This document shows, one piece after another, positions 45,001-55,935 of a stretch of DNA of 64,000 nucleotides. Each line of letters opens with the position of its first letter. The stretch's first letter is position 1. The DNA is taken from positions 6,758,001 to 6,822,000 of the forward strand of contig OZ024751.1 in assembly GCA_964016885.1 (NCBI GenBank), written 5' to 3'. This stretch comes from Eledone cirrhosa (lineage: Eukaryota). The notes under the pieces are model-generated. The model did not search any database. It was given only the letters and a program-made list of their open reading frames with translations, and was not told the origin of the DNA. The translations under genes and the position numbers were made by a program.

Positions 45001-48000
45001 GATGCAGTGTGTGGTCTGGTGTGGTACAGTATGGTGTGATGTTGTGTGTGGTCTGGTGTGGTACAGTATGGTGTGATGTGTTGTGTGGTCTGGTGTGGTA
45101 CAGTATGGTGTGATGTGGTGTGTGGTCTTGTGTGGTACAGTCTGGTGTGATGTGGTGTGTGGCCTGGCTTGGTATATTGTGGTGTGATGTGGTGTGTGGT
45201 CTGGTGTCGTACAATGTGGTGTGATGTGGTGTGTGGTCTGGTGTGGTACAGTATGTTGTGATGTGGTGTGTGGTCTGGTGTGGTACAGTGTGGTGAGATG
45301 TGGTGTGTGGTCTGGTGTGGTATAGTATGGTATGATGTGGTGTGTGGTCTGGTGTGGTAGTGAAGTGTGATGTGGTGTGTGGTCTGGTGTGGTACAGTGT
45401 GGTGTGATGTGGTGTGTGGTCTGGTGTGGTACAGTGTGGTGTGATGTGGTGTTTGGTCTGGTCTGGTACAGCGTTGCGTGATGTGGTGTGCGGTCTGCTG
45501 TGGTACAGTATGGTGTGATGTGGTGTGTGATCTGGTGTGGTACAGTGTGGTTTGATGCGGTGTGTGGTCTGGTGTGGTACAGTGTGGTGTGATGTGTTGT
45601 GTGGCCTGGTGTGGTACAGAGTGGTGTGATGTGGTGTATGGTCTGGTGAGATAAGTATGGTCTGATGTGGTGTGTGATCTGGTGTGGTTCAGGTTGGTGT
45701 GATGTGGTGTGTGGTCTGGTGTGATATAGTGTGGTGTGATGTTGTGTGTGGTCTGCTGTGGTACAGTATTTGTGTGATGTGGTGTGTAGTCTGGTGTGGT
45801 ACAGTGTGGCGTGATGTGGTGTGTGGTCTGGTGTGGTACTGAATGGTGTGATGTGGTGTATGGTTTAGTGAGGTACAGTATGGTGTGATGTGGTGTGTGG
45901 TCTGGTGTGGTACTGTATGGTGTGATGTGGTGTGTAGTCTGGTTGTGGTACAGCGTAGTGTGATGGGGTGTGTGGTCTGGCGTGGTATATTGTGGTGTGA
46001 TGTGGTGTGTGGTCTGGTGTCGTACAATGTGGTGTGATGTGGTGTGTGGTCTGGTGTGGTACAGAATGGTGTGATGTGGTGTGTGGTCTGGTGTGGTACT
46101 GTATGGTGTGATGTGGTGTGTGGTCTGGTTGTGGTACAGCGTGGTGTGATGGGGTGTGTGGTCTGGTGTGGTACAGTCTGGTGTGATGCGGTGTGTGGCC
46201 TGGCGTGTGATGTGGTGTGTGGTCTGGTGTCGTACAATGTGGTGTGATGTGGTGTGTGGTCTGGTGTGGTACAGTATGTTGTGATGTGCTGTGTGGTCTG
46301 GTGTGGTACAGTATGGTGTGATGTGGTGTGTGGTCTGGTGTGGTACAGTGTGGTGTGATGTGGTGTGTGGTCTGGTGTGGTACAGTGTGGTGTGATGTGG
46401 TGTGTGGTCTGGTGTGGTACAGTATGGTGTGATGTGGTGTGTGGTCTGGTGTGGTACAGTGTGGTGTGATGTGGTGTGTGGTCTGGTGTGGTACAGTGTG
46501 GTGTGATGTGGTGTGTGGTCTGGTGTGGTACAGTATGGTGTGATGTGGTGTGTGGTCTGGTGTGGTACAGTGTGGTGTGATGTGGTGTGTGGTCTGGTGT
46601 GGTACAGCGTGGCGTGATGTGGTGTGCGGTCTGCTGTGCTACAGTATGGTGTGATGTGGTTTGTGGTCTGGTGTGGTACAGTGTGGTTTGATGTGGTGTG
46701 TGGTCTGGTGTGGTACAGTGTGGTGTGATGTGGTGTGTTGTCTGGTGTGGTACTGTATGGTGTGATGTGGTGTGTGGTCTGGTGTGATGTGGTGTGTGGT
46801 CTGGTGTGTTGCATTTTGCTGTGATGTTGTGTGTGGTCTGCTGTGGTAGAGTTTGGTGTGATGTGGTGTGTGGTCTGGTGTGGTATAGTATGGTGTGATG
46901 CAGTGTGTGGTCTGGTGTGGTACAGTATGGTGTGATGTTGTGTGTGGTCTGGTGTGGTACAGTATGGTGTGATGTGTTGTGTGGTCTGGTGTGGTACAGT
47001 ATGGTGTGATGTGGTGTGTGGTCTTGTGTGGTACAGTCTGGTGTGATGTGGCGTGTGGCCTGGCGTGGTATATTGTGGTGTGATGTGGTGTGTGGTCTGG
47101 TGTCGTACAATGTGGTGTGATGTGGTGTGTGGTCTGGTGTGGTACAGTATGTTGTGATGTGGTGTGTGGTCTGGTGTGGTACAGTGTGGTGAGATGTGGT
47201 GTGTGGTCTGGTGTGGTATAGTATGGTATGATGTGGTGTGTGGTCTGGTGTGGTAGTGAAGTGTGATGTGGTGTGTGGTCTGGTGTGGTACAGTGTGGTG
47301 TGATGTGGTGTGTGGTCTGGTGTGGTACAGTGTGGTGTGATGTGGTGTTTGGTCTGGTCTGGTACAGCGTTGCGTGATGTGGTGTGCGGTCTGCTGTGGT
47401 ACAGTATGGTGTGATGTGGTGTGTGATCTGGTGTGGTACAGTGTGGTTTGATGCGGTGTGTGGTCTGGTGTGGTACAGTGTGGTGTGATGTGTTGTGTGG
47501 CCTGGTGTGGTACAGAGTGGTGTGATGTGGTGTATGGTCTGGTGAGATAAGTATGGTGTGATGTGGTGTGTGGTATGGTGTGATGTGGTGAGTGTTGCAA
47601 TTTGGTGTGATGTTGTGTGTGGTCTGGTGTGGTAGAGTTTGGTGTGATGTGGTGTGTGGTCTGGTGTGGTATAGTATGGTGTGATGCAGTGTGTGATCTG
47701 GTGTGGTACAGTATGGTGTGATGTTGTGTGTGGTCCGGTGTGGTACAGTGTGGTGTGATGTGGTACAGTATGGTGTGATGTGGTGTGTGGTCTGGTGTGG
47801 GACAGTGTGGTGTGATGTGGTGTATGGTCTGGTGAGGTAAGTATGGTGTGATGTGGTGTGTGGTCTGGTGTGGTACTGTATGGTGTGATGTGGTGTGTGG
47901 TATGGTGTGATGTGGTGTGTGGTCTGGTGTGTTGCAATTTGGTGTGATGTTGTGTGTGGTCTGGTGTGGTAGAGTTTGGTGTGATGTGGTGTGTGGTCTG

Positions 48001-51000
48001 GTGTGGTATAGTATGGTGTGATGCAGTGTGTGGTCTGATGTGGTACAGTATGGTGTGATGTTGTGTGTGGTCCGGTGAGGTACAGTGTGGTGTGATGTGG
48101 TACAGTATGGTGTGATGTGGTGTGTGGTCTGGTGTGGGACAGTGTGGTGTGATGTGGTGTATGGTCTGGTGAGGTAAGTATGGTGTGATGTGGTGTGTGG
48201 TCTGGTGTGATATAGTGTGGTGTGATGTTGTGTGTGGTCTGGTGTGGTACAGTATTTGTGTGATGTGGTGTGTAGTCTGGTGTGGTACAGTGTGGTGTGA
48301 TGTGGTGTGTGGTCTGGTGTGGTACTGAATGGTGTGATGTGGTGTATGGTCTAGTGAGGTACAGTATGGTGTGATGTGGTGTGTGGTCTGGTGTGGTACT
48401 GTATGGTGTGATGTGGTGTGTGGTCTGGTTGTGGTACAGCGTAGTGTGATGGGGTGTGTGGTCTGGTGTGGTACAGTCTGGTGTGATGTGGTGTGTGGCC
48501 TGGCGTGGTATATTGTGGTGTGATGTGGTGTGTGGTCTGGTGTCGTACAATGTGGTGTGATGTGGTGTGTGGTCTGGTGTGCTACAGTATGTTGTGATGT
48601 GGTGTGTGGTCTGGTGTGGTACAGTGTGGTGTGATGTGGTGTGTGGTCTGGTGTGGTACAGTGTGGTGTGATGTGGTGTTTGGTCTGGTCTGGTACAGCG
48701 TTGCGTGATGTGGTGTGCGGTCTGCTATGGTACAGTATGGTGTGATGTGGTGTGTGGTCTGGTGTGGTACAGTGTGGTTTGATGCGGTGTGTGGTCTGGT
48801 GTGGTACAGTGTGGTGTGATGTGTTGTGTGGCCTGGTGTGGTACAGAGTGGTGTGATGTGGTGTATGGTCTGGTGAGATAAGTATGGTGTGATGTGGTGT
48901 GTGGTATGGTGTGATGTGGTGTGTGGTCTGGTGTGTTGCAATTTGGTGTGATGTTGTGTGTGGTCTGGTGTGGTAGAGTTTGGTGTGATGTGGTGTGTGG
49001 TCTGGTGTGGTATAGTATGGTGTGATGCAGTGTGTGGTCTGGTGTGGTACAGTATGGTGTGATGTTGTGTGTGGTCCGGTGTGGTACAGTGTGGTGTGAT
49101 GTGGTACAGTATGGTGTGATGTGGTGTGTGGTCTGGTGAGGTAAGTATGGTGTGATGTGGTGTGTGGTCTGGTGTGGTACAGGTTGGTGTGATGTGGTGT
49201 GTGGTCTGGTGTGGTACATGTTGGTCTGATGTGGTGTGTGATCTGGTGTGGTTCAGGTTGGTGTGATGTGGTGTGTGGTCTGGTGTGATATAGTGTGGTG
49301 TGATGTTGTGTGTGGTCTGCTGTGGTACAGTATTTGTGTGATGTGGTGTGTAGTCTGGTGTGGTACAGTGTGGCGTGATGTGGTGTGTGGTCTGGTGTGG
49401 TACTGAATGGTGTGATGTGGTGTATGGTTTAGTGAGGTACAGTATGGTGTGATGTGGTGTGTGGTCTGGTGTGGTACTGTATGGTGTGATGTGGTGTGTA
49501 GTCTGGTTGTGGTACAGCGTAGTGTGATGGGGTGTGTGGTCTGGCGTGGTATATTGTGGTGTGATGTGGTGTGTGGTCTGGTGTCGTACAATGTGGTGTG
49601 ATGTGGTGTGTGGTCTGGTGTGGTACAGAATGGTGTGATGTGGTGTGTGGTCTGGTGTGATGTGGTGTGTGGTCTGGTGTGTTGCATTTTGGTGTGATGT
49701 TGTGTGTGGTCTGCTGTGGTAGAGTTTGGTGTGATGTGGTGTGTGGTCTGGTGTGGTATAGTATGGTGTGATGCAGTGTGTGGTCTGGTGTGGTACAGTA
49801 TGGTGTGATGTTGTGTGTTGTCTGGTGTGGTACAGTATGGTGTGATGTGTTGTGTGGTCTGGTGTGGTACAGTATGGTGTGATGTGCTGTGTGGTCTTGT
49901 GTGGTACAGTATGGTGTGATGTGGTGTGTGGTCTAGTGTGGTACAGTATGATGTGATGTGGTGTGTGGTCTGGTGTGATAACGTATGGTGTGATGTGGTG
50001 TGTGGTCTGGTTGTGGTACAGTGTAGTGTGATGGGGTGTGTGGTCTGCTGTGGTACAGTCTGGTGTGATATGGTGTGTGGCCTGGTATGGTACTGTGTGG
50101 CGTGATGTGGTGTGTTATCTGGTTTGGTACAGTATGGTGTGATGTGGTGTGTGGTCTGGTGTGGTACAGTGTGGTGTGATGTGGTGTGTGGTCTGGTGTG
50201 GTACAGAGTGGTCTGATGTGGTGTGTGGTCTGGAGAGGTACAGTATGGTGTGACGTGGTGTGTGGTCTGGTGTGGTACAGTATGGTGTGATGTGGTGTGT
50301 GGTCTGGTGTGGTACAATGTGGTGCGATGTGGTGTGTGGTCTGGTGTGATACAGTTCGGTGTGATGTGGTGTGTGGTCTGGTGTCGTACAATGTGGTGTG
50401 ATGTGGTGTGTGGTCTGGTGTCGTACAGTATATTGTGATGTGGTGTGTGGTCTGCTTTGGTGGTGTGTGGTCTGGTGTGGTGGTGTGTGGTCTGGTGTGG
50501 TAGAGTGTGGTGTGATGTGGTGTGTGGTCTGGTGTGGTACAGTGTGGTGTGATGTGGTGTGTGGTCTGGTGTGGTACAGTGTGGTGTGATGTGGTGTGTG
50601 GTCTGGTGTGGTACAGTGTGGTGTGATCTGGTGTGCGGTTTGCTGTGGTACAGTATGGTGTGATGTGGTGTGTGGTCTGGTGTGGTACAGTGTGGTTTGA
50701 TGTGGTGTGTGGTCTGGTGTGATACAGTGTGGTGTGATGTGGTGTGTGGTCTGGTGTGGTACAGAGTGGTGTGATGTGGTGTATGGTCTGGTGAGGTACA
50801 GTATGGTGTGATGTGGTGTGTGGTCTGGTGTGGTACTGTATGGTGTGATGTGGCGTGTGGTCTGGTGTGGTACAGGTTGGTGTGATGTGGTGTGTGGTCT
50901 GGTGTGGTACAGTATGGTGTGATGTGGTGTGTGGTCTGGTGTGGTATAGTGTGTTGTGATGTGGTGTGTGTTCTGGTGTGGTACAGTATGGTGTGTTGTG

Positions 51001-51921
51001 GTGTGTGGTCTGGTGTGGTACAATGTGGTGTGATGTGGTGTGTGGTCTGTTGTGGTACAGATTGGTGTGATGTGGTGCGTGGTCTGGTGTGGTATAGTAT
51101 GGTGTGATGTGGTGTGTGGTAGTGAAGTGTGATGTGGTGTGTTGTCTGGTGTGGTACAGTGTTGTGTGATGTGGTGTATGGTCTGGTGTGGTACAGTGTG
51201 GTGTGATATGGTGTGTGGTCTGTGTGGTACAGTGTGGTGTGATGTGGTGTGTAGTCTGGTGTGGTACAGAGTGGTGTGATGTGGTGTATGGTCTGGTGAG
51301 GTACAGAATGGTATGATGTGGTGTGTGGTCTGGTGTGGTACTGTATGGTGTGATGTGGTGTGTGGTCTGGTGTGGTACAGGTTGGTGTGATGCGGTGTGT
51401 GGTCTGGTGTGGTACATGTTGCTGTGATGTGATGTGTGGTCTGGTGTGGTATAGTTTGTTGTAATGTGGCGTGTGTTCTGGAGTGGTACAGTATGGTGTG
51501 ATGTGGTGTGTGGTCTGGTGTTGTACAGTGTGGTGTGATGTGGTGTGTGGTCTGGTGTGGTACAGAGTGGTGTGATGTGGTGTGTGGTCTGGTGTGGTAT
51601 AGTATGGTGTGATGTGGTGTGTGGTCTGGTGTGGTAGTGAAGTGTGATGTGGTGTGTGGTCTGGTGTGGTACAGTGTGGTGTGATGTTTTGTGTGGTCTG
51701 GTGTGGTACAGTGTGGTGTGATGTGGTGTGTGGTCTGGTGTAGTACAGTGTGGTGTGCTGTTGTGTGCGGTCTGCTGTGGTACAGTATGGTGTGATGTGG
51801 TGTGTGGTCTGGTGTGGTACAGTGTGCTTTGATGTGGTGTGTGGTCTGGTGTGGTACAGTTTGGTGTGATGTGGTGTGTGCTCTGGTGTGGTACAGTGTG
51901 GTGTGATGTGGTGTGTGGTCT
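1..51921. repeat. 37-bp satellite DNA array, G/T-rich on + strand, open at the left window edge
   Basis: Head-to-tail copies of GTGTGGTCTGGTGTGGTACAGTATGGTGTGATGTGGT (7 pentamers + GT), roughly 1,400 monomers by length/37. Single orientation, no foreign insert seen. The last monomer ends ...gtgtgtggtct at 51921. Confidence 0.98.
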
Positions 51922-52462
51922 ACATACAGAAAAGACTTAATGTTTAGACAAATCGCAGAGGCAATAAACATAAATGAACTCCAACCAAAATTACATAGAA
52001 AACATGAATGGAATAGCAACATCACGACTTATAAATTAAGAGAAAATGAAAACACACACACATAGAACAAACAACTAACTAGTAACATATAAATAAACAA
52101 ATAAAAACACACATAGACATTCGGATGAAACACTGGCGCAAACTAAGCACACAACACACCCAGAAACCAGATGGCGTAGAACACAACAAAGGAGAAGCAC
52201 AATAGAAAGAAAAGAATCCCAGTCAATGAAGAGTTCACAGAATGTGTGACGAAAGAAATTTGAGAATATATGAACAACCATCAGATTGTGGAACCAACCA
52301 ACCAACCGGAAATTTATAAATTTTATAAAATTTATATTAAATTGAAGTGAATATACTGGTGCGTGTGTTTCTGATTGGCAACATGACCCTCCCAAATTAT
52401 AACAATATCGGTTCCCACACACATTTTCAGATAAAGAATTTTGCTAAACAAATTCAGAAACG

Positions 52463-52466
<4 letters not shown>
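51919..52466 (+). mobile_element. Penelope-like element 3' fragment (copy A), 5'-truncated at the satellite edge
   Basis: Translates TYRKDLMFRQIAEAININELQPKLHRKHEWN, matching the R-x-I-x-EAI-x-I..P-x-LN-x-K-x-EW C-terminus of PLE GIY-YIG endonucleases. Colinear with 62009-62576; ends in (TA)n. Confidence 0.8.
52222..52264 (+). ncRNA. degenerate minimal type I hammerhead ribozyme in PLE copy A
   Basis: GTCA-aTGAAGA-gtTCAC-agaatgt-GTGAC-GAAAG-aa-aTT-TGAg. Core C3 is mutated to A in this copy; the consensus with copy B restores it. Confidence 0.6.
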
Positions 52467-52499
<33 letters not shown>

Positions 52500-52876
52500 T
52501 ACATATTTATATACTACGTAAGATAATTATTCTGTAGAGCGATTTCACACGTCTGTGTCGAGCTCGTCTGTCTTCGTGAGACCTATGGCAAATGGAATAG
52601 TTTTCTTATATGTTTTATAACATATTTATTTATACATATATATACATACATATATAAACATATACATATACATACATATATAAACATATACATACATATA
52701 TGGATGACAGTGTTTTGTAAAATCACATGTGTAATTCACAGGTGAAAAACCCCATATTTTGGCGAATTAATTCAGTATGTGTAAATCCATGCAAAACATT
52801 GCATAAATAGCACAAATCGAATACTCTCGACCGGGTAGTTTTTAAATAAACAATAGAATTATTAACGGGTTATTAA

Positions 52877-52882
52877 TGTATA

Positions 52883-52916
<34 letters not shown>

Positions 52917-52918
52917 CA

Positions 52919-52994
<76 letters not shown>
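52877..52994. repeat. (TA)n microsatellite
   Basis: Direct reading; slightly interrupted at the 5' end. Confidence 0.97.
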
Positions 52995-52996
<2 letters not shown>

Positions 52997-53201
52997 AACG
53001 AGTAGGACCCCGACGGCTGACCTCAAGCAGTTTTGACGGCTAATTCTGGACTAAAGTTTTTTAGTCCAGAATTAGCCGTCGAAACGGCTTGAGCTCAGCC
53101 GTCGGGGTCCTACTGGTTCCTATTACCCACTCTACTATACCCTAAGTATTGAGTACTTTGGTGCGTTATGGTCCACGTGGTTCCTTACCACATTTCCTTC
53201 G

Positions 53202-53202
<1 letters not shown>
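52995..53202 (+). mobile_element. short palindromic interspersed repeat with the 3' half of a hammerhead (probably PLE-derived)
   Basis: ~61-bp inverted arms 52995-53055 / 53060-53120. The right arm reads GAAACGGCT-tgagctc-AGCCGTC. A second, internally deleted copy lies at 55814-55920. Both are flanked by (TA)n. Confidence 0.6.
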
Positions 53203-53246
<44 letters not shown>

Positions 53247-53447
53247 AAATATATATATATGCCAAATCAACTTTTTCAAGTACAAGTCGATGTTGAACGG
53301 TATGTCAAATCTATTTATCTATAAAACTGTCTATATTGTATTTTGTCTGAAGAAGCCATAACATATTGTTAATATGATATCCCTGAAATATATATAATGA
53401 AATAAATATGGTTTTATAAATATAGTTTCCATTTATTTAATATCGTA

Positions 53448-53490
<43 letters not shown>

Positions 53491-53498
53491 ATATACAT

Positions 53499-53890
53499 AT
53501 CTATCTAGGGCGGGTAAAATTCCCGAGATCCATGGACGAGTTCTCTCCAGCGGTCTCTGTCCTTCATTGTCGCTGCCATGTTCTGCTTCTCCAACTGACC
53601 AGTGTCTGTCCTTAGGGCATCAACATACGTTAATCTTGGTCTTCCACTTCCAGTGTGTCCATGTAGGGGCTCCCACAGGAGCCCGTAGTGCAATGTCAAC
53701 TCTGGATGTCGGTGAGCATGTCCAGCTAACCTCAGTCTCTTCTGTGTCACTTTTGAGCTGACTTTTGGGAGGCTCCCATACAGCTCTGTGTTTTTCATCC
53801 TCAGTGTATACTGATTAATGTTCAGAGCCATCCTCAGCATTCTCGTGTAGTACCCATCCACCATCTGACTGAGTTTCTTGGTCAGTGTCC
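53499..53890 (-). mobile_element. RTE-group LINE copy 1, 3' segment
   Basis: ORF 53505..53900(-): [50 protein letters not shown], the RTE/RTEX-type C-terminus. The stop codon runs into a (TAGA)n tail. Confidence 0.85.
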
Positions 53891-54393
53891 TTTTTATCAT
53901 TGTAGTGGACTATTGTATGCGCCTTGCAGTGGAAAAACACTAGGACTCTGGCTTTACTGTAGCAACGGCTCAGAGCAGGAGAGTTAAGGCGAAAAATGTA
54001 TCAGATGCTGAATTTGCAGACGACATAGTTTTGGTGACAAATACAGTGAAGGAGGCAGAGGATTTGATGCGGGAGGTTGAGACTGAGTCGATGAGTGTGG
54101 GGCTGAGAATGAATGAGACTAAAACAAAATATCTGGTAGAGAATGTTGAGAAGCCAGAGAGGATCACTAATGTAGGCGGGAAGCCGCTAGAATTGGTTGA
54201 GGTATTCCTGTATTTGTGATCAAAGATTGGGAATACGGAGATGATGTTGTTGAGAGGAAGAGCACAGCCTGGGCGGCGTGCCACAGCTTGAGATCGGTGT
54301 GGAAGTCGGTCCTTCATAAAGACCTGAAAATCCGCCTCTTCATTGCTGTAGTACGGGTCTGAGACTTGGACACTGCCCAAGAAACTCACTCAG

Positions 54394-54395
<2 letters not shown>
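53891..54395 (+). mobile_element. RTE-group LINE copy 1, inverted RT segment
   Basis: FIIVVDYCMR...AEFADDIVLV...[10 protein letters not shown]...FLYL (RT motifs) on the + strand. It directly abuts the - strand 3' segment. Confidence 0.85.

Positions 54396-54456
<61 letters not shown>
54396..54456. repeat. (TA)n microsatellite
   Basis: Direct reading. Confidence 0.97.
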
Positions 54457-54461
<5 letters not shown>

Positions 54462-54825
54462 GGGTCACTGATGAAGGACTCACTTTTTCATATGTATCCC
54501 ATTTGCAACGCCGCAGCTCCATTATTATCATCATATTTACACATATTACTTTTCCATGCTGCCTGTCTGTCTGTTCCTTGTATCTTTACCACTTCTAGCA
54601 GTCTCTCTCCCTCTCTGTTACCCTCTCCTCAACTTTCACTCACTCATTCTCTGTCACTACCTCTCCTCCTCCTCTTTCCTTCTCCTCCTTCAAGTTTGAC
54701 CTGTGTGTAATTCTTTTCTCGCGCAGTCTTGACCGAGCTGGTATGGAATTTTTTTCTCTCTCTCTTTCGTCTGTGACTTCACAAAACTTGCGTTTACCGA
54801 TTTCGCAGACCAGACCACCTTATCT

Positions 54826-54857
<32 letters not shown>

Positions 54858-55223
54858 TTCTTCTTCTTCTTCTTCTTCTTCTTCTTCTTCCTCTTCTCTC
54901 CTTTCTCTGTCTCTCTCTCTTTTTTTGCCCCCCCGTCAAACTTGGGCGAAATTCTTTCCTTGCTCACATTTCTACCAGGTTCGATGGTCTTTCGTCTCTT
55001 GTTCACGATTTCACAGAGTTTATATTCATAGAGATCTGGGACTTGTCTATTTCTACTCACTTTCCGTTGCTTAAACCCTTTTTGTTGTTACTCTAGCGTC
55101 CCCCTTTATTTACGTGTCCCAACGACTTTTTTTAGCCGTTGTTCGCACCAACCTGAGGCATATGGCCCTTAAAGCGATGAAATGCCGAGGACGGTTGGAG
55201 GGTCACTGATGAAGGACTCACTT

Positions 55224-55231
<8 letters not shown>
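54457..55231 (+). mobile_element. unclassified pyrimidine-rich element with identical 37-bp terminal direct repeats (possible PLE pLTR / partial tandem)
   Basis: TTGGAGGGTCACTGATGAAGGACTCACTTTTTCATAT at 54457-54493 and 55195-55231. It contains the HHR 5' core CTGATGA and is bounded by (TA)n on both sides. No recognisable ORF. Confidence 0.55.
54822..54890. repeat. (CTT)n microsatellite
   Basis: About 22 CTT units; source of the poly-Leu and poly-Lys ORFs. Confidence 0.97.
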
Positions 55232-55813
<582 letters not shown>

Positions 55814-55920
55814 GGAAAATGTATGACCCCGTCGGCAGAGCTTAAGCCGTTTCGACGGCTTTTTCTCTACTCGTTATGGTGTGTTATGGTCCATCTGGTT
55901 TCTTACCACAACTCCTTCGG
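55814..55920 (+). mobile_element. second, shorter copy of the 52995-53202 family
   Basis: Same left end (taGGAA..GACCCCG..AAGCCGTTTCGACGGCT) and same right end (GTTATGGTCCA..TGGTT.CTTACCACA..TCCTTCG); the middle is missing. Confidence 0.7.
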
Positions 55921-55935
55921 TATATATATATATAT

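Noticed and set aside
368-51417. Dozens of V/W/C/G-rich (+) and H/T/P-rich (-) ORFs as genes
   Set aside because: They are translations of the satellite. Long ORFs overlap in all frames with the same peptide cycle and have no unique domain.
1-51921. CRISPR array (37-bp repeat)
   Set aside because: Monomers are contiguous with no unique spacers, no cas genes, and a eukaryotic context.
1-51921. Canonical telomerase-made telomere
   Set aside because: Wrong polarity for a left chromosome end, no TTAGGG/TTAGG, and kb-scale duplicated variant patterns indicate recombinational amplification.
54457-54493. Link between the 37-bp terminal repeat and the 37-bp satellite monomer
   Set aside because: No sequence similarity; the equal length is coincidental and depends on where the TA edge is drawn.
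55179-55220. Complete type II hammerhead using the upstream GAAATGCC
   Set aside because: No valid NUH triplet or stem I forms between GAAA and CUGAUGA.
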